Notes: generated by a model from the sequence alone, not told the origin. 63,165 bases of DNA, filler included, from Rhabdomonas costata (GCA_019059605.1; 52 parts of 52 records of this genome joined end to end with filler, not necessarily neighbours in it), one strand, 5' to 3'; counted from the first letter of the whole stretch, positions 26,192-39,174 are shown. Program-made: numbers and translations.

Positions 26192-27392
26192 GGCACACTC
26201 CTGTTGACTTACGTCTTCACAGGAGATGGAGAGAGCAAAAAGCAAAACAAAAAATCGCAAATAATGGGGAAGGGGGGAAACTCAACGAAAAAGAGAATGG
26301 GGAAGGAAGGCACAGTCAAGAAGTTCTGATTTCTGAGAAGTATGTGAACAAGAGCGTCATTTTCTGATACTTTGACAGAGAAAACACACGAAACAACACA
26401 ACAGGCAGGAGCAAAATAGCTTACTGTTTACGGTGGACAGAACTGTACTAGGGAGCCAAAACGCATACTGAGGTCTCGCAGGGGAGGCGACGCACCGGAA
26501 AACGTCCAAGATGGGCAATAATGAATCGAATGCCGTTTGAACTTATGATTTCGGCCCAGACCCCAAAAGAATGGCCATCACCCTATCCACACTCACACAG
26601 TTGCACAATTCAAAGCCCCAGAGTAGCCTCCATAAAGACTCCTCAATACTTGGCCTGTACCAAACACCNNNNNNNNNNNNNNNNNNNNNNNNNNNNNNNN
26701 NNNNNNNNNNNNTTAATTAATTAANNNNNNNNNNNNNNNNNNNNNNNNNNNNNNNNNNNNNNNNNNNNTCGTTTATGGTTGGTAGTTCCTCCCTTGACGT
26801 TGTGTTGTGTCGGTGCTTTGTGAGTATCTCGTTGTCAATGTTTTGGCACCCTTTTGTTGTTGTTTTGTTGGAGTTTGAATCTGGTAAGGTATTTCTTTTG
26901 TCCTTCTTGAGCGTAGAGTTTCATTCGTCTATGTAATCTTCCCGTGAATGCAGTGGAGAGGCGATGGTCTGGATACCGTGACTCCTGGATTGGTATAACC
27001 GGTTTTCAACAGTTGCTGGAACCGTCATACTGCTAAGAAAATGAGAAGCCAGCATAATCAGAGCACAGCAGGCCAGGCCGTGAACCCAGCTTTCGGATGT
27101 CTGAGGTGGTCTCTGGGTTCTTTTGAAAGGATTTTTCCAAGCCATTGGGGAGAGGGGTAAGGGGTGCTGTCTGACATGGGCACGTGTTAGACGGGCGTCA
27201 AGTGTCCGTCTGTGTTACCTTCTTCAACATCTTTATTTCTCAATTTGGAATTGCTGCAGACAACTGAACCCTAGTCCTGTATTTTTCAAAATAAAAATTT
27301 AAACTTCTTAGACTATCCTTTGCATTCCTCGTACCTCTTCGTCTCTATAGCAACCTCTTCCTCTCCAGAAGCCCAGCCTGTTGCATACATAA

Positions 27393-27885
27393 ATGGAGCT
27401 GCGGGGGATGGTGGACCATATTGGCATGCTTTCCCTGCGCAATGCTGCAGAAAGGCTGCAGGGGGTGGAGTTCTATCATGGGATAATGCAAAAGAGAATC
27501 GTCTTTGACTGCAACCAGGTCTGGCATGACGGGGAGAACTGCCTTCAGCAGTGCTTGAACTGGGCAAGAGAGTCCCCAAGTGTCCCAGAAGGTGTCCGTG
27601 CCGCAGTAAGCATCGATTGCCTGGCCGCCATCCGAGCCTTCACCGGCACCGTGATGTGCTACGTGCTGCGGGAGCTGATGACCGTCCGAGATGCTCGGTT
27701 CACCTACGCCCTCCCCTTCGCGAAGCTGGTGCTGGTGGGCCTGCGCAGCCTTCCGCAGCGGTTTCGGGTCTCTGCGAGCAAGGTCTTCCGAGCTGAAGGC
27801 GGAGTAAAGGAGTCCCTCAACGGCGAAAACGGACCTTCGCAGCTTCAAATCTACTTCTACAGCCTGACCTCATTCACCACCCACC
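27393..27885 (+). CDS. ART-family (R-S-E clade) mono-ADP-ribosyltransferase-like protein, 3' truncated
   Basis: GC3-rich ORF open to the contig end, with AAIRAFT...CYVLRELM...PFAKLVLVGLRSLP...VFRAE...FYSLTSFTT. This supplies the Arg strand and an S-x-S/T-like motif. Confidence 0.65.
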
Positions 27886-30428
27886 NNNNNNNNNNNNNNN
27901 NNNNNNNNNNNNNNNNNNNNNNNNNNNNNTTAATTAATTAANNNNNNNNNNNNNNNNNNNNNNNNNNNNNNNNNNNNNNNNNNNNTGTTGGGTGTGTGTG
28001 GGTTGGGGTGGGTCATCAATTTAGGCGTCCACTGAGGTACAATTAGAATATCAATGAATGCCAGAATCTCAGATATGGAGGCTGAAGCCGGAGCGCCTCG
28101 GATCTTTTTCTGTGACAGTACACAAAAAAGCATCTTTGCTGCAATCTGTGAGAAATTCGAGACCATCTCGATTTTCTCTTCAACTGCTTTCAAAAACCCG
28201 TCCGCGGTTCGGCGATCCCTGGCAGTGGATGGCGTCCACTAAAGTACCACACGGCAAAGAGATAGCGGTTGGGTAGGCTTGTGCTCCTCGACTCACACAG
28301 TTAAACCTCCTGGTTGCTTCCCACTCCAGTGTTCCTGCTGTTGCAGTGGGGTCGGCCTGGAGGGCACACAGAAATCCGCAATGCATCGCTGTCCCACAGG
28401 GGGCGCCCGCGCCCCGCCGCAACGCGGCCCAGCGAGGCCCACCCTTCCTCTAGGAGTGTCCGCAAAGGTTAGGATAGGGTCCTGAGAAAGCTCTGTGGTG
28501 CCTTCGATGTGGTCTCCGTAGGCCACGGCAAGCAGTTCGACGTCGATGGGTTCCCAAGACGCCACCGCAGAGCCCCGAGCTCTCTGGCCACATGGGGAGG
28601 CTTTTGGGGAGCCCGCAGCCGCTGAAGACGCAGGGGCGACAGCTGTGAGACGGATCCACAGGAGGACATGGAAAATCCCCAAGCCTGCTTCGGCCGTGCC
28701 CTCAACCGGTTAGGATAAGGACATACACAGAAAAGGATGTTTCACGAAACCACATCCTTTGCACTACAACTCACTGTCCACGGTGTACACATCGTTTGCA
28801 GTCCAGAACGGAAAACTGGTCTCATACGGCAGAAGAGCCTAACCATCCCTATTCACCACCTTCTCAGCGCGAAACACTGGTCACAGTATTTTTTGTTTAT
28901 TTTGTGGTGAGAAGAAAGTCCACAACTTGGGATTTCTCCGCTACCGAAGGCGAAGAAAAAAGTGCCTGTCGCGTGGTCCAGGATGCAAAAGCCAGCTTTG
29001 CACTAAATCCCGACGCAGCTGTGGCGTTACATCCACAAACCAGGATAAAGGTTCTTGTGAGAGGGAAACTCACTCCACATTGCCCATTTTGTACACCCCA
29101 ACNNNNNNNNNNNNNNNNNNNNNNNNNNNNNNNNNNNNNNNNNNNNTTAATTAATTAANNNNNNNNNNNNNNNNNNNNNNNNNNNNNNNNNNNNNNNNNN
29201 NNGGGTGTGTGTACGCAACATTGCCTCTACGCAAGCATCATCCTGTAAACCTTCCTCATCAGTCAACCCTTTAAAAAGTCCTCAGAGTACACTCGCAATG
29301 CATCAACAGACCACTCTAGTGATCCATAAAATACGGCCTGCACAGATATTTTATCCGCTCTTCTCTGAAACTCTTTGAAACGTTTCGCCATACTGTTTCC
29401 CAAAGCTCTGGCTTAGCGATAAATCACCACAACCTGTGGTTACACGTAAGGCCATGTACGATGCTTCCGAGGTTTCTTCATCTTCACTTACCTCATCCAT
29501 ATCTGTCTCTGCACTGGTATTTTAGTGCTATGGTTATGCTGCCACGATCTCATTGCATCACGGAATGCCTGCATCTGTGAATGATTTGTTATCAGCTTCT
29601 TTGTCATACTCATCTGATCTAGCAGAACTATTTTCTCGCACGGGATTAGATCGCTCGAGTGAAATACTGGATGCGCTCTCTAACGCATCTCATGTGGAAT
29701 GTCTAGCACAAAGGTCGTCTCCGTAATCATTTTAATAATGATAAACTATCTCACTGCCTTCGGCATCAACTTCCAAAGAGGATCTCCAAAACTCCCCTGG
29801 TAATGCCTCATCTTACTGGCCCACACATTTAATCCCCTTTTGCGATTGGCATACGTCGCAGTCTTTTGCTTCTACTTCTCGAAGACCTCCAGCACTTTTT
29901 CAAGTTGCTTTTATTTTCTTAATCTGGAAATGTACGGGAACAAAGTATGGCAGTAGCGGCCCTGCCTCCTGCCACCACTAGTTCGGATGCTCTACACTCT
30001 TCTGATATTCTCTAACTGACCCCTTTGTCACACTTCTATGTACCAACTCTGTCTTAGCCAATTCACAATCCCTATAACGTACAAACTCTGGAATGGACCT
30101 GCGGCTTCGCATGCTCACAACTTGGCCTCGTAGAAGGTGACTGCTTCCTGCTCACCTAGCTTGGGGGTCGATGCGGGGAAACGCACCTACTCCTGGAAAA
30201 CGATGGAGTTATGTGTCCACCGCTTTGAGGCAGTGGAGGTGATCTGTAACCTCGTCCTCCTCTTCAATGTATCTTCGACCTATAAGCGCCAACATTTCTC
30301 TTGATTGAGCCACCAACACNNNNNNNNNNNNNNNNNNNNNNNNNNNNNNNNNNNNNNNNNNNNTTAATTAATTAANNNNNNNNNNNNNNNNNNNNNNNNN
30401 NNNNNNNNNNNNNNNNNNNGTTTTGTTG

Positions 30429-31482
30429 GTGCGGCGGGTGGTGTCGATGCTGTTCATGGACATCGCGGGGTTCAGCGGGCTGTGCGAGACGATCGACGCG
30501 GAGGAGCTGATGCGGCTGACGCAGGACTACCTCAGCGCGATGTGCGAGATCATTGTGAAGTCGGGCGGGACGTTGGACAAGGTGTGGCATGCATGAGCTT
30601 CATGCACCCAGAAGCAGCTCCCGAGGTATTGGTTTCCCGTTCCATTTGTTGAAGGTATGCGGAGTAAGGTGCGGGGCCGAGCAGCAATTCTCCGTTAACC
30701 GGTTGCCACAGGGGTTCGACAATACAGCACCCTGTGCCTTAAAATGTGGGGAAGGGTTTACATACAAAAAACCCTACACCCGTGTCTCACGCTCACTTGG
30801 CGCTTCATCAGTTTCGCGCTGGAAAGGTTTCTCATTCGTTTTTGAGGTTCAGGCAGCGATGGCATGTTAAAGCGGTGATTGTGCGAATTGCTTGAGTGCA
30901 TCCCCATCTCACCGTGCTGCGCGCACACTCACTCACTCACACTGACTAGCATCCTTTTTTATGCACCCCGGATGGTCGCAGTACATCGGGGACTGCATCA
31001 TGGCGCTGTGGAATGCCCCGCGACATCTGAGGCACCACGAGTGCGCCGCGGTGGGGGCGGCACTGGACATGCAGGCGCGGCTGGTGGAGTTGCACACGGG
31101 GTGGCTGGAGGAGGATCTAACCCCCATCCGGTGTGTTCGTGCGTTTGTAGTATGCATGTGTGTTTGGGGTAGCTGCTGGTGGGCGATTGTAATACATTAG
31201 ATACGCCCTTCTTCGCCGTTGTTCAAAACCATTCATTTTGCATTGCGGTCACCACTCGTCCTGGGATTTCAATGGAAGGGCAATGCACTTGTCCCCTCTC
31301 GATACCATTGCACTGTGCGAATGCAGATATCATGAGGCAGAGGGGACTGCTTTGTGACCACGAGGCTCCTGCTCATGCAACTTTAGCGGCAAGTGCAGGG
31401 CCACTCCCCTAACTCTCCCCTCGTCGCAGCGAAGCTACAAAACATGATGCGGAAAATAGGTTCCGCGTAGGCATCAACACCG
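30429..31482 (+). CDS. Class III adenylyl/guanylyl cyclase catalytic domain; exons <30429-30581, 30982-31130, 31460->31482
   Basis: Two GT-AG introns (400 and 329 nt) give VSMLFMDIAGFSGLCE...GGTLDK|YIGDCIMALWNAP...IR|FRVGINT. Both metal-binding Asp residues are present, and the Lys in LDKYIGD suggests ATP specificity. Confidence 0.95.
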
Positions 31483-31771
31483 ACACACCGGATGGGGGTT
31501 AGATCCTCCTCCAGCCACCCCGTGTGCAACCCCACANNNNNNNNNNNNNNNNNNNNNNNNNNNNNNNNNNNNNNNNNNNNTTAATTAATTAANNNNNNNN
31601 NNNNNNNNNNNNNNNNNNNNNNNNNNNNNNNNNNNNGGGGGGTGGTGAGGTGGTGAGAGGAGGGGGTGTGGCCGCTTGCCCCTTCTTCCCATACATCGCA
31701 TACTTGCATGGTTGGCATGCACAACAGAGAAAAACGGAGAAAAGTCAGAAATCGAGTGAGAAAATAGCAGC

Positions 31772-31805
<34 letters not shown>

Positions 31806-34287
31806 AAAGGAGGGCACAGCACTGTGGACCAAGTTCTTTGAGAAGCACAGCGGACAGGATGCACCTGTCAGATGGACGTGCCATATCAACCAAACCTAGC
31901 GGTGCGGCGACGTTTTTGTGTAAGCAACAGTAAGTGTGTGTGTGTGTGTGAATCATGCGTATGCAAACAGGGGAAAATCACCACGGCCACAACCAGTTCC
32001 CCCCTTCACTCCCTTTACACCGACATAAAAAAATTTCTGGGACACACCGCCCAAGCATCCGCTCAGTGCGGTGAGCCCCCCTTGCCGTTCGCTCAGCCGC
32101 AGGCAATGCCTCGCGCTGAGCGCAGCACCGCCGCTACGACGGTGCAGGCCACAGGCTTGTTCTCACTGCAAAACAAAAACACAAGCGAACCAATGCCGAC
32201 GGGGCAAATCAGGTATTGGGCTGCCTCCAACACTCCTCCACCCCAAGGTCCCCCCTCGGGATTCCCCTAAGCTCCAGGCTGACTTGAGGTTGCCCACAGG
32301 CAGCCCACAGGCTCCTCTTCCTTCCACGGAGAAGACACGTCACTCGCCAGACTTGCGCACGATTAACAAAACAACGGTCAGAACCTCCTCCCCACATTCT
32401 CACACAAATTAGAATGCCCACATGCCTCGACATTGTTCTAGCAAGACGTTTCCAACTTCTTTGATGCTTTGTTGTGTCCCTTGGAGGCGGCAATTCGAGT
32501 TGTGTCATGGTTTATTCTGGCGGTGGTGGTGGATGTAAGGATGCCGTGGAGGTGAACAAGGCAGAGTTCAACTGTTCAACTTTGCCACATTCCCTCCATA
32601 TGTATTCAACTGCCTTTCCATTTGAAACGGGTTTCTTCGGGAAATGTACCCCTTGGACGTCCTATCCTAAACACCTCCTTCCTGCCCCGAAGCACGCCCT
32701 CTGAAGCAGTTGTACTTCCTTATATACTGTGCCAACTTCCCACCCAGAATATCTNNNNNNNNNNNNNNNNNNNNNNNNNNNNNNNNNNNNNNNNNNNNTT
32801 AATTAATTAANNNNNNNNNNNNNNNNNNNNNNNNNNNNNNNNNNNNNNNNNNNNGTTGGTCGTGAGCGTCCCCATTGGTAGCAGTTTCAAAATGATGTGG
32901 ATGTGCACAAGGTTACAAAACACACATGTTCAGTGTCAAGGGTTCACTTGTACAATAAACGGATGGGTGGACGACGGAGATGTGTGCTTTTTCCCACAGT
33001 CCACAATCCAGAACCCACAGCACGGAGAGAATAAAAGATGGAAAACCACAGTTGAGGCGCTTAGGCTTTTCAAATGATTCTATTGTCATGGAGTACCTTC
33101 CTTATCCTTTAGACCGTTTGAGGGTGGGTGAGGTAGCCGTGTCCATGGCAATACAATCCACGCCATCCCTTCGGAAACGGAAGCAATAAATGCAAATGCG
33201 AGTCGACAAAGCTCCCTCACTGACCCGATCGGGCCCCCCGGTGATGTTGATGACCAGTCCCGGGGTGGTGGCGGGCCAACCAACGGACACCACCCCGATC
33301 GTGGCGCCCTGCACCGAGGGCGGGAGGAAGGTGTCCGAGGTTAGCCAGAACCGGGTCGGCGCCTCGCTGCCTGATCATACATACACACAGAACACAGAAG
33401 AAGTGAATCATGTACACAGACACTGTGCACAAGGCACATGCATAAAAGATGCTTTTGGGGAGGGCTTTTCTCCCTTGCTGACCGCTTCCCGGGATAAGGG
33501 TAACGGATCACTCTTCAGCTGGGTACGTTCTTGGGAAACCAGAAAAAGACACGCGCGCGCACACGCGCACGCACGCACGACCACCTAGTAGATACACGTG
33601 CTGTCCTCTGCTCAAACAACTTCACTATGATCACCGGGTATGTAAGCTATGGTCCTGCAACCCTCGTCTTGGTTGCAAGGGTATGCGAGGTTTACCCCCC
33701 CCCCATACACATACAGAGGAAAGTTTTGGGCTGCCCTCAGTGATGCAGCGTGAGAGCAGTGCAACAACGCGTGTGTCCACTCTTGTTGGCTCCAGTCTTA
33801 AACCCTTCCTTCCCTTCCTTCTATTAATCCAAACATATCCCTCCGTTTAAATCATTGCTAAAAGTTCAAGTTACCCATCCACCAATCCAAAAACCATTCC
33901 AAAAACCGTTCCACCTGACCAAAACCTACACGGTCATAGATCAGTAACCGGTGCCCAACTCACCCAACACANNNNNNNNNNNNNNNNNNNNNNNNNNNNN
34001 NNNNNNNNNNNNNNNTTAATTAATTAANNNNNNNNNNNNNNNNNNNNNNNNNNNNNNNNNNNNNNNNNNNNGGGGGGTTGGTGGAGTAGAAGTTTTGAGT
34101 GCTGCACTGCATGTTTAGCAGACTAGCGCTTGGGGAGCAGGTGCTGCGGTTCAAGCAGAGGACCTTGATCTTGGAGAGAACGAACTGTGCATGAGAATAC
34201 ATGCACGGATGAAGTATTTGCAAAAGCGCACGAGATCTGTGCGCATACAGATGCAATAAGATCGCTTGACCTATGGAAAAATTAACG

Positions 34288-34720
34288 GGTCCGGTCTATT
34301 TTTTGAGGTGAGGGGGAGAGCATCAAACGGTATAACGCCGAGGGACGAAACTAAATCCCGGGGCACCGGCCCACCTAGACACCAGTGTACACCCCACGAG
34401 CAATTGAAATCTTCCCCAAGGAAACGTCCCCGCCTCAGCAGCCCGCTCCGGCCGTGCCGCGGGCTGGCTTCCGCGCCTTCGCCCCTAAACTAATCGAATC
34501 CCTTTTGGTGGCTAAAGCCCAGCAAGGAATGAGTTCCAAGCCCAGCAAGGAATGAGTTCCTAACTCCAATACTAACCAACGTGAAAGATAACGGAATAGC
34601 CAAAAATAGCTTTTTCATATACCGCCCCATGACCGAATAACAGCGTTATACCGTATAACATCATTATACCGTATAACGCCGTTATACCGTTTAACGCCCC
34701 CCCCCCCAATACACCGGACC
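34288..34720. mobile_element. Non-coding MITE-like element with bipartite inverted ends
   Basis: 34288-34300 pairs with 34708-34720 (12/13) and 34325-34337 pairs with 34680-34692 (13/13). There is an internal 23-nt tandem duplication at 34515-34560. No target-site duplication identified. Confidence 0.5.
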
Positions 34721-35989
34721 GAAATTAGCAGGAACTAATTCAAAATTTCGCAACTTCAAAGCTGGTCGACCACTTTCGGAATTTTTTCAATGCGGCGAAA
34801 AAATGACGGTTGAACTTCCTGATTGATTATGAATAAAGCAAAACTATTTTTGTTTCCTCGTTTGGATGTTCTGAGATCTTCCACAACCCAATTAGCCACA
34901 AGCCGTCCGCCAGCCTCGGGGCCTGCACTTGGACTGATTTGTTGGGGGCCACCAGGTAATCCCGGCGGTTGAAACATTCACGGTGCGTGTTTGTGACCAG
35001 AAACCCGAGGCACGTGAAGCACCGCGAAAAACGCGCAACGATATCAAACATCTTCAGAATGCATACCACACCTAATGAAGCACACAACCCACCATTAAAA
35101 TCTCCCGAATGGGGGAAAAAACACGCAGATGCCAAACGCCACACATCCGTGGTGTCTCATTTGGAAACCTCGTTGAACGGGGGCACCCNNNNNNNNNNNN
35201 NNNNNNNNNNNNNNNNNNNNNNNNNNNNNNNNTTAATTAATTAANNNNNNNNNNNNNNNNNNNNNNNNNNNNNNNNNNNNNNNNNNNNGTGTTGGGTATG
35301 TTTGGGGTGGGGGGTGGGGCGCGGAGGCAAGCATACGGGCATCGCGGGGCCATGGAGCTCCACCAGCGAAGAGATGAGGTACACCGAGATGTGGGTCTTT
35401 GGCGTAGGCGAGGACATCATTTGAAGCATCGCTCTGGTTGTCGCTCTGGTGGTGGGACGAGAGTTGCTGTCGCAGTAGTGCTGATTTGGGGTTCAAGACG
35501 AGGCTGGAAGGAATTACCGCTGAACACAGGCTCGAAGCAGAAGTAGTGCGTGTACCCAAAAAGAAAACAGTGTCAATAGGAAAATAATAGCCCCACCACT
35601 CTGTGAAAAGTGCAATGAAAAAAACTCGGACATGCCAAAAAAGCATGCAGCGCTGGTGATTTTCTGCCATACTTCCAGCTATTGGTACAAAAATTTCTGA
35701 AGTAGGTCGGGGGAGGGGGAGCGATAATTTTCGGGGGTGAGGGTTTCACCTAGGGTCTTTTTGTACGTTGCGGTTTACGAAGACAAGAAACAATTAGAGG
35801 GCTGAGCCGAAGCAGGTGTGGGGTCTTTTGGATATGGAGCAGGCCTCCCGAAACACTGCGTGGCCGATTTTCTGACCTTGCACTGTGGGCTGCTGGTGGT
35901 GGTGCCCCTTGGGGCACTTTCCTATCCATTTTGCTCCTCTTCCTGCGATTTTACATTGTTTTGCAGAACAATGTCTGTTCCCAAATTCG

Positions 35990-35994
<5 letters not shown>

Positions 35995-36031
<37 letters not shown>

Positions 36032-36290
36032 GAGCTGGGTCGGATACTGTCAGGAACCGAGGTTGGCTCCAATCCATATCCTGGTCTACCACGCTGGTCT
36101 CGATTGGGTGTGGGGGTGGCAACTCTGGACCCCAACCAGGACTTCCCCTGTGGAGAGTAGGGGCCAGCAGGTGCCTGGTTGGGGACATGAGTTGCTGGAG
36201 ATGACGGAGTCTCGAGCAGTCTCGAGACTTACGACTTAAGATGATGACTGAGAAAGGCCTATCACACACACACCACACACACAAACACAC
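35995..36290 (-). repeat. Interspersed ~250-nt repeat family, copy A, flanked by CA-rich microsatellite on both sides
   Basis: The reverse complement of 36028-36262 aligns with 48155-48410 and, in its 3' part, with 42619-42727. Confidence 0.85.
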
Positions 36291-39074
36291 GTTAATGTGC
36301 CAAATATTGGCTGCGTCACCTCATAATGTCAACTCCAACTTCCAGTGCATAGCAGAGCAGTCACGCTTGTTTTACAAGCTGAATTCTTGCTCTGGCGCAG
36401 TATGNNNNNNNNNNNNNNNNNNNNNNNNNNNNNNNNNNNNNNNNNNNNTTAATTAATTAANNNNNNNNNNNNNNNNNNNNNNNNNNNNNNNNNNNNNNNN
36501 NNNNGGGGTGTGGGCCGCATATTTTTCTCCATGAGAAACCCTTTCTCCATTGTTGGTGTCAATGTGCGATTGCCGCGTGTTGAAAGCTGCAATGGGCAAC
36601 CTCGATGGGAATAAAGATGTTAAGTGTAAAAGGTTTTCTATTTTGTGTTTTGCTTTTCCGAACTTGTGGTTGCGGGCACTGGTAATGGATGACAAGCGGC
36701 CTTGGAATGTTCGTTTGGCTGCCCTATCGGATCCTGGAATCGAACCCGCGTGAGCGGAGAGCCTGCCGAAAATTGCCCGGCAGTTAGCGGAAATTCCTTC
36801 GGTTCTTTTGTGATGCGGTAGGACGTACGGGAACAACATGGATGCCCGAGGGAGTTTCCAAGCAGTTTCCGGAATTCGTTCGCAACATCGACCCGCCACA
36901 TACGAGAGAGCCGGGCCATACCTTGGTGAACGCAGAGGAACGCCTGCTGTCTTTTCATTTCCCCCTTTCGCCGTATTTGCCTGACTGGAACTCGTTGCTA
37001 AATTACTTGATCTTGACCTTGTCTATCCTTACTGGAAAACTCAACATACGCGCGCACATGCGCATCGAGGATTTTCTTATCTTCGTAAGCATTTATCTCC
37101 TTTGGTTTGGCCTTTTTACCCATTGCCTTGCCTCAAGACTTTCCCGTCTTGGGCGCCTCTATGTGCGCTTTATCTCTTCTAATGTCTGCTCGCTGGCCGC
37201 TCTCATTTCTCCTTTGCCTTTCGCTTGCCGTGCCTTCCTGCTTTTCGCGTCTTTTCCACTTTTCTTCCCAATCCTTTCTCTCACTTTCTCGCTCGATGGT
37301 CTTGCCCTTCTCTCTTTCTCCGGTTCTCTCCCATTTCCTTCTCTCGCTTTGCTTTTCTGCCGGGCCGTGTGCCGTATACTCGGGGTGTGTTTTTTCCAGA
37401 CTTGCATCGGCCAGATGTTCTTGCTCTTGCTTCCACTTCTTCCTCAACTTTCTTCCAAGTTAACTTTCTCCCATGTATCTCCAATGGCTTCCAATGGATT
37501 TATCCAAATGCACCCCTACTTCTTCAATTATTGAGCTTTTATGAAGTCTCATCTCACCAAAAGCATTTATCTGATCTGATCTTGCCGCGACAACGCTCTC
37601 CTCTCTTCTCTACCCAAAACCNNNNNNNNNNNNNNNNNNNNNNNNNNNNNNNNNNNNNNNNNNNNTTAATTAATTAANNNNNNNNNNNNNNNNNNNNNNN
37701 NNNNNNNNNNNNNNNNNNNNNTTGTGTGTGGTATGTCGGCAGCAGCACGTCTGAATCCAGTTGAAATGCTCTTCACCAGTTCCGAGGTCCGAAGCATTTC
37801 AGATTTGCGCAGAAATGCTGAGAACTATTCCGGATATCATCGAAAATGCCGACCTTCGATAATTTGAGCAAGAATACCGTAGTTAGTTTGGGCGAATTAT
37901 GATACGAGTGAATATTACGCAGACAAATGGTGAATGGTGGTGCTCCACGATGACCATTTTGACTCTGGCTATCGATCATTTTTGATTTCTGAAAAAATGA
38001 AGCCTTCCTGTTTTTATTTTAGCCGCAGTCGCCCGCCTCGGAAATGGTCCCGCCTTCTGCCTTCTGTGCAATCAGTGTGTAATGGTAATGGATCGCGAAT
38101 GCTTATAACGACTTTGAGTTGAGGTGATGTCCTTTAAGGTTTTTGTCAGTGTGCAATGGCAGTGAAGGGATGTTCGCCCGGTTCGGCAGTTTAGTTCTTT
38201 CTGCGCTCGTTCGCGGAACCCACACACCGATGGGATGTCCGTGCAGCCACGAACCCGTCAGGGGCACCCTCAGCCGCCGCAGCGCTGCGCTTTGACCATG
38301 CCTTTCTCAGCGGTGTCGCAATACCCCACTCGCTTTAGAGTCCGCTTTTCTTTTCCACGGTCGTATGAGTGCAACCTAGGTGGGATGCATGGCCTGCTCC
38401 TGAGACTGGAGGGAGCCTCGCAATTTCTCAACAGCGGAGCCTTGCAATTTCTCAGCAGGTTATTTAGCATTGGTCTCCGGTCCTCCCCAACTGACGGGAT
38501 TCCTCAGATGCTGGGACATTGCATTATCGCATTGGGGAATGTGGGAATTGTTTAAATATGTAAAACCATCAAAATTGTGTTGGTTCTGGAGGCCGAATGG
38601 AACAGTATCATAGTAACGGAGGAGGTCCAGTCTCCGGCGGTGTCGAATGTTGAAATATGCTTTGTTGGGGTAATGTAAAGGTTATTGGGTTACCAATTCC
38701 CACTGGATGTCGTATTTAATAGCGAAAGGGAGTTATGTATGTTGTGCCAGTGTCGCCTTTATGTTGATTTTTCGGAGTTCAAGGTTTAAGGTTTTGGAGC
38801 GGTACCCCCCTCTCGCAGGTGCTGAAAACCACAACAAANNNNNNNNNNNNNNNNNNNNNNNNNNNNNNNNNNNNNNNNNNNNTTAATTAATTAANNNNNN
38901 NNNNNNNNNNNNNNNNNNNNNNNNNNNNNNNNNNNNNNGGTGTGTTTTTCACCGATGAAGTGTACATCGATTGTCGTACCATTTTGGAAAGTTGGGGTTG
39001 TTTTCGTGAAAACAGGCAATGATCAAAGTCCATGGTGCACCTGCTGCTGTCGGATGTGTCGATGCCATTTTGGT

Positions 39075-39174
39075 CAACTGGAATCAAAGACATCAAAACA
39101 GTGATTAAAGACTGTCGATGACCAACGTCATCGACAGTCTTTAATCACTGTTTTGATGTCTTTGATTCCAGTTG
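39075..39174. repeat. Perfect inverted repeat, 48-nt arms and 4-nt loop
   Basis: 39075-39122 is the exact reverse complement of 39127-39174. Confidence 0.95.

Noticed and set aside
29203..30319. Possible decayed integrase (minus-strand CDVCQ)
   Set aside because: Only a CxxC is visible, with stops in all frames and no DDE motif.
31483..31530. Inverted copy of 31089-31136
   Set aside because: It interrupts the cyclase exon mid-motif and runs to the contig end: a fold-back amplification chimera.
36720..36800. tRNA gene suggested by minus-strand GGGTTCGATTCC
   Set aside because: The T-stem does not pair fully and no cloverleaf forms.
36842..37534. 230-aa membrane-protein-like ORF
   Set aside because: Hydrophobicity comes from a CT-rich tract; no family motif or clear splice structure.
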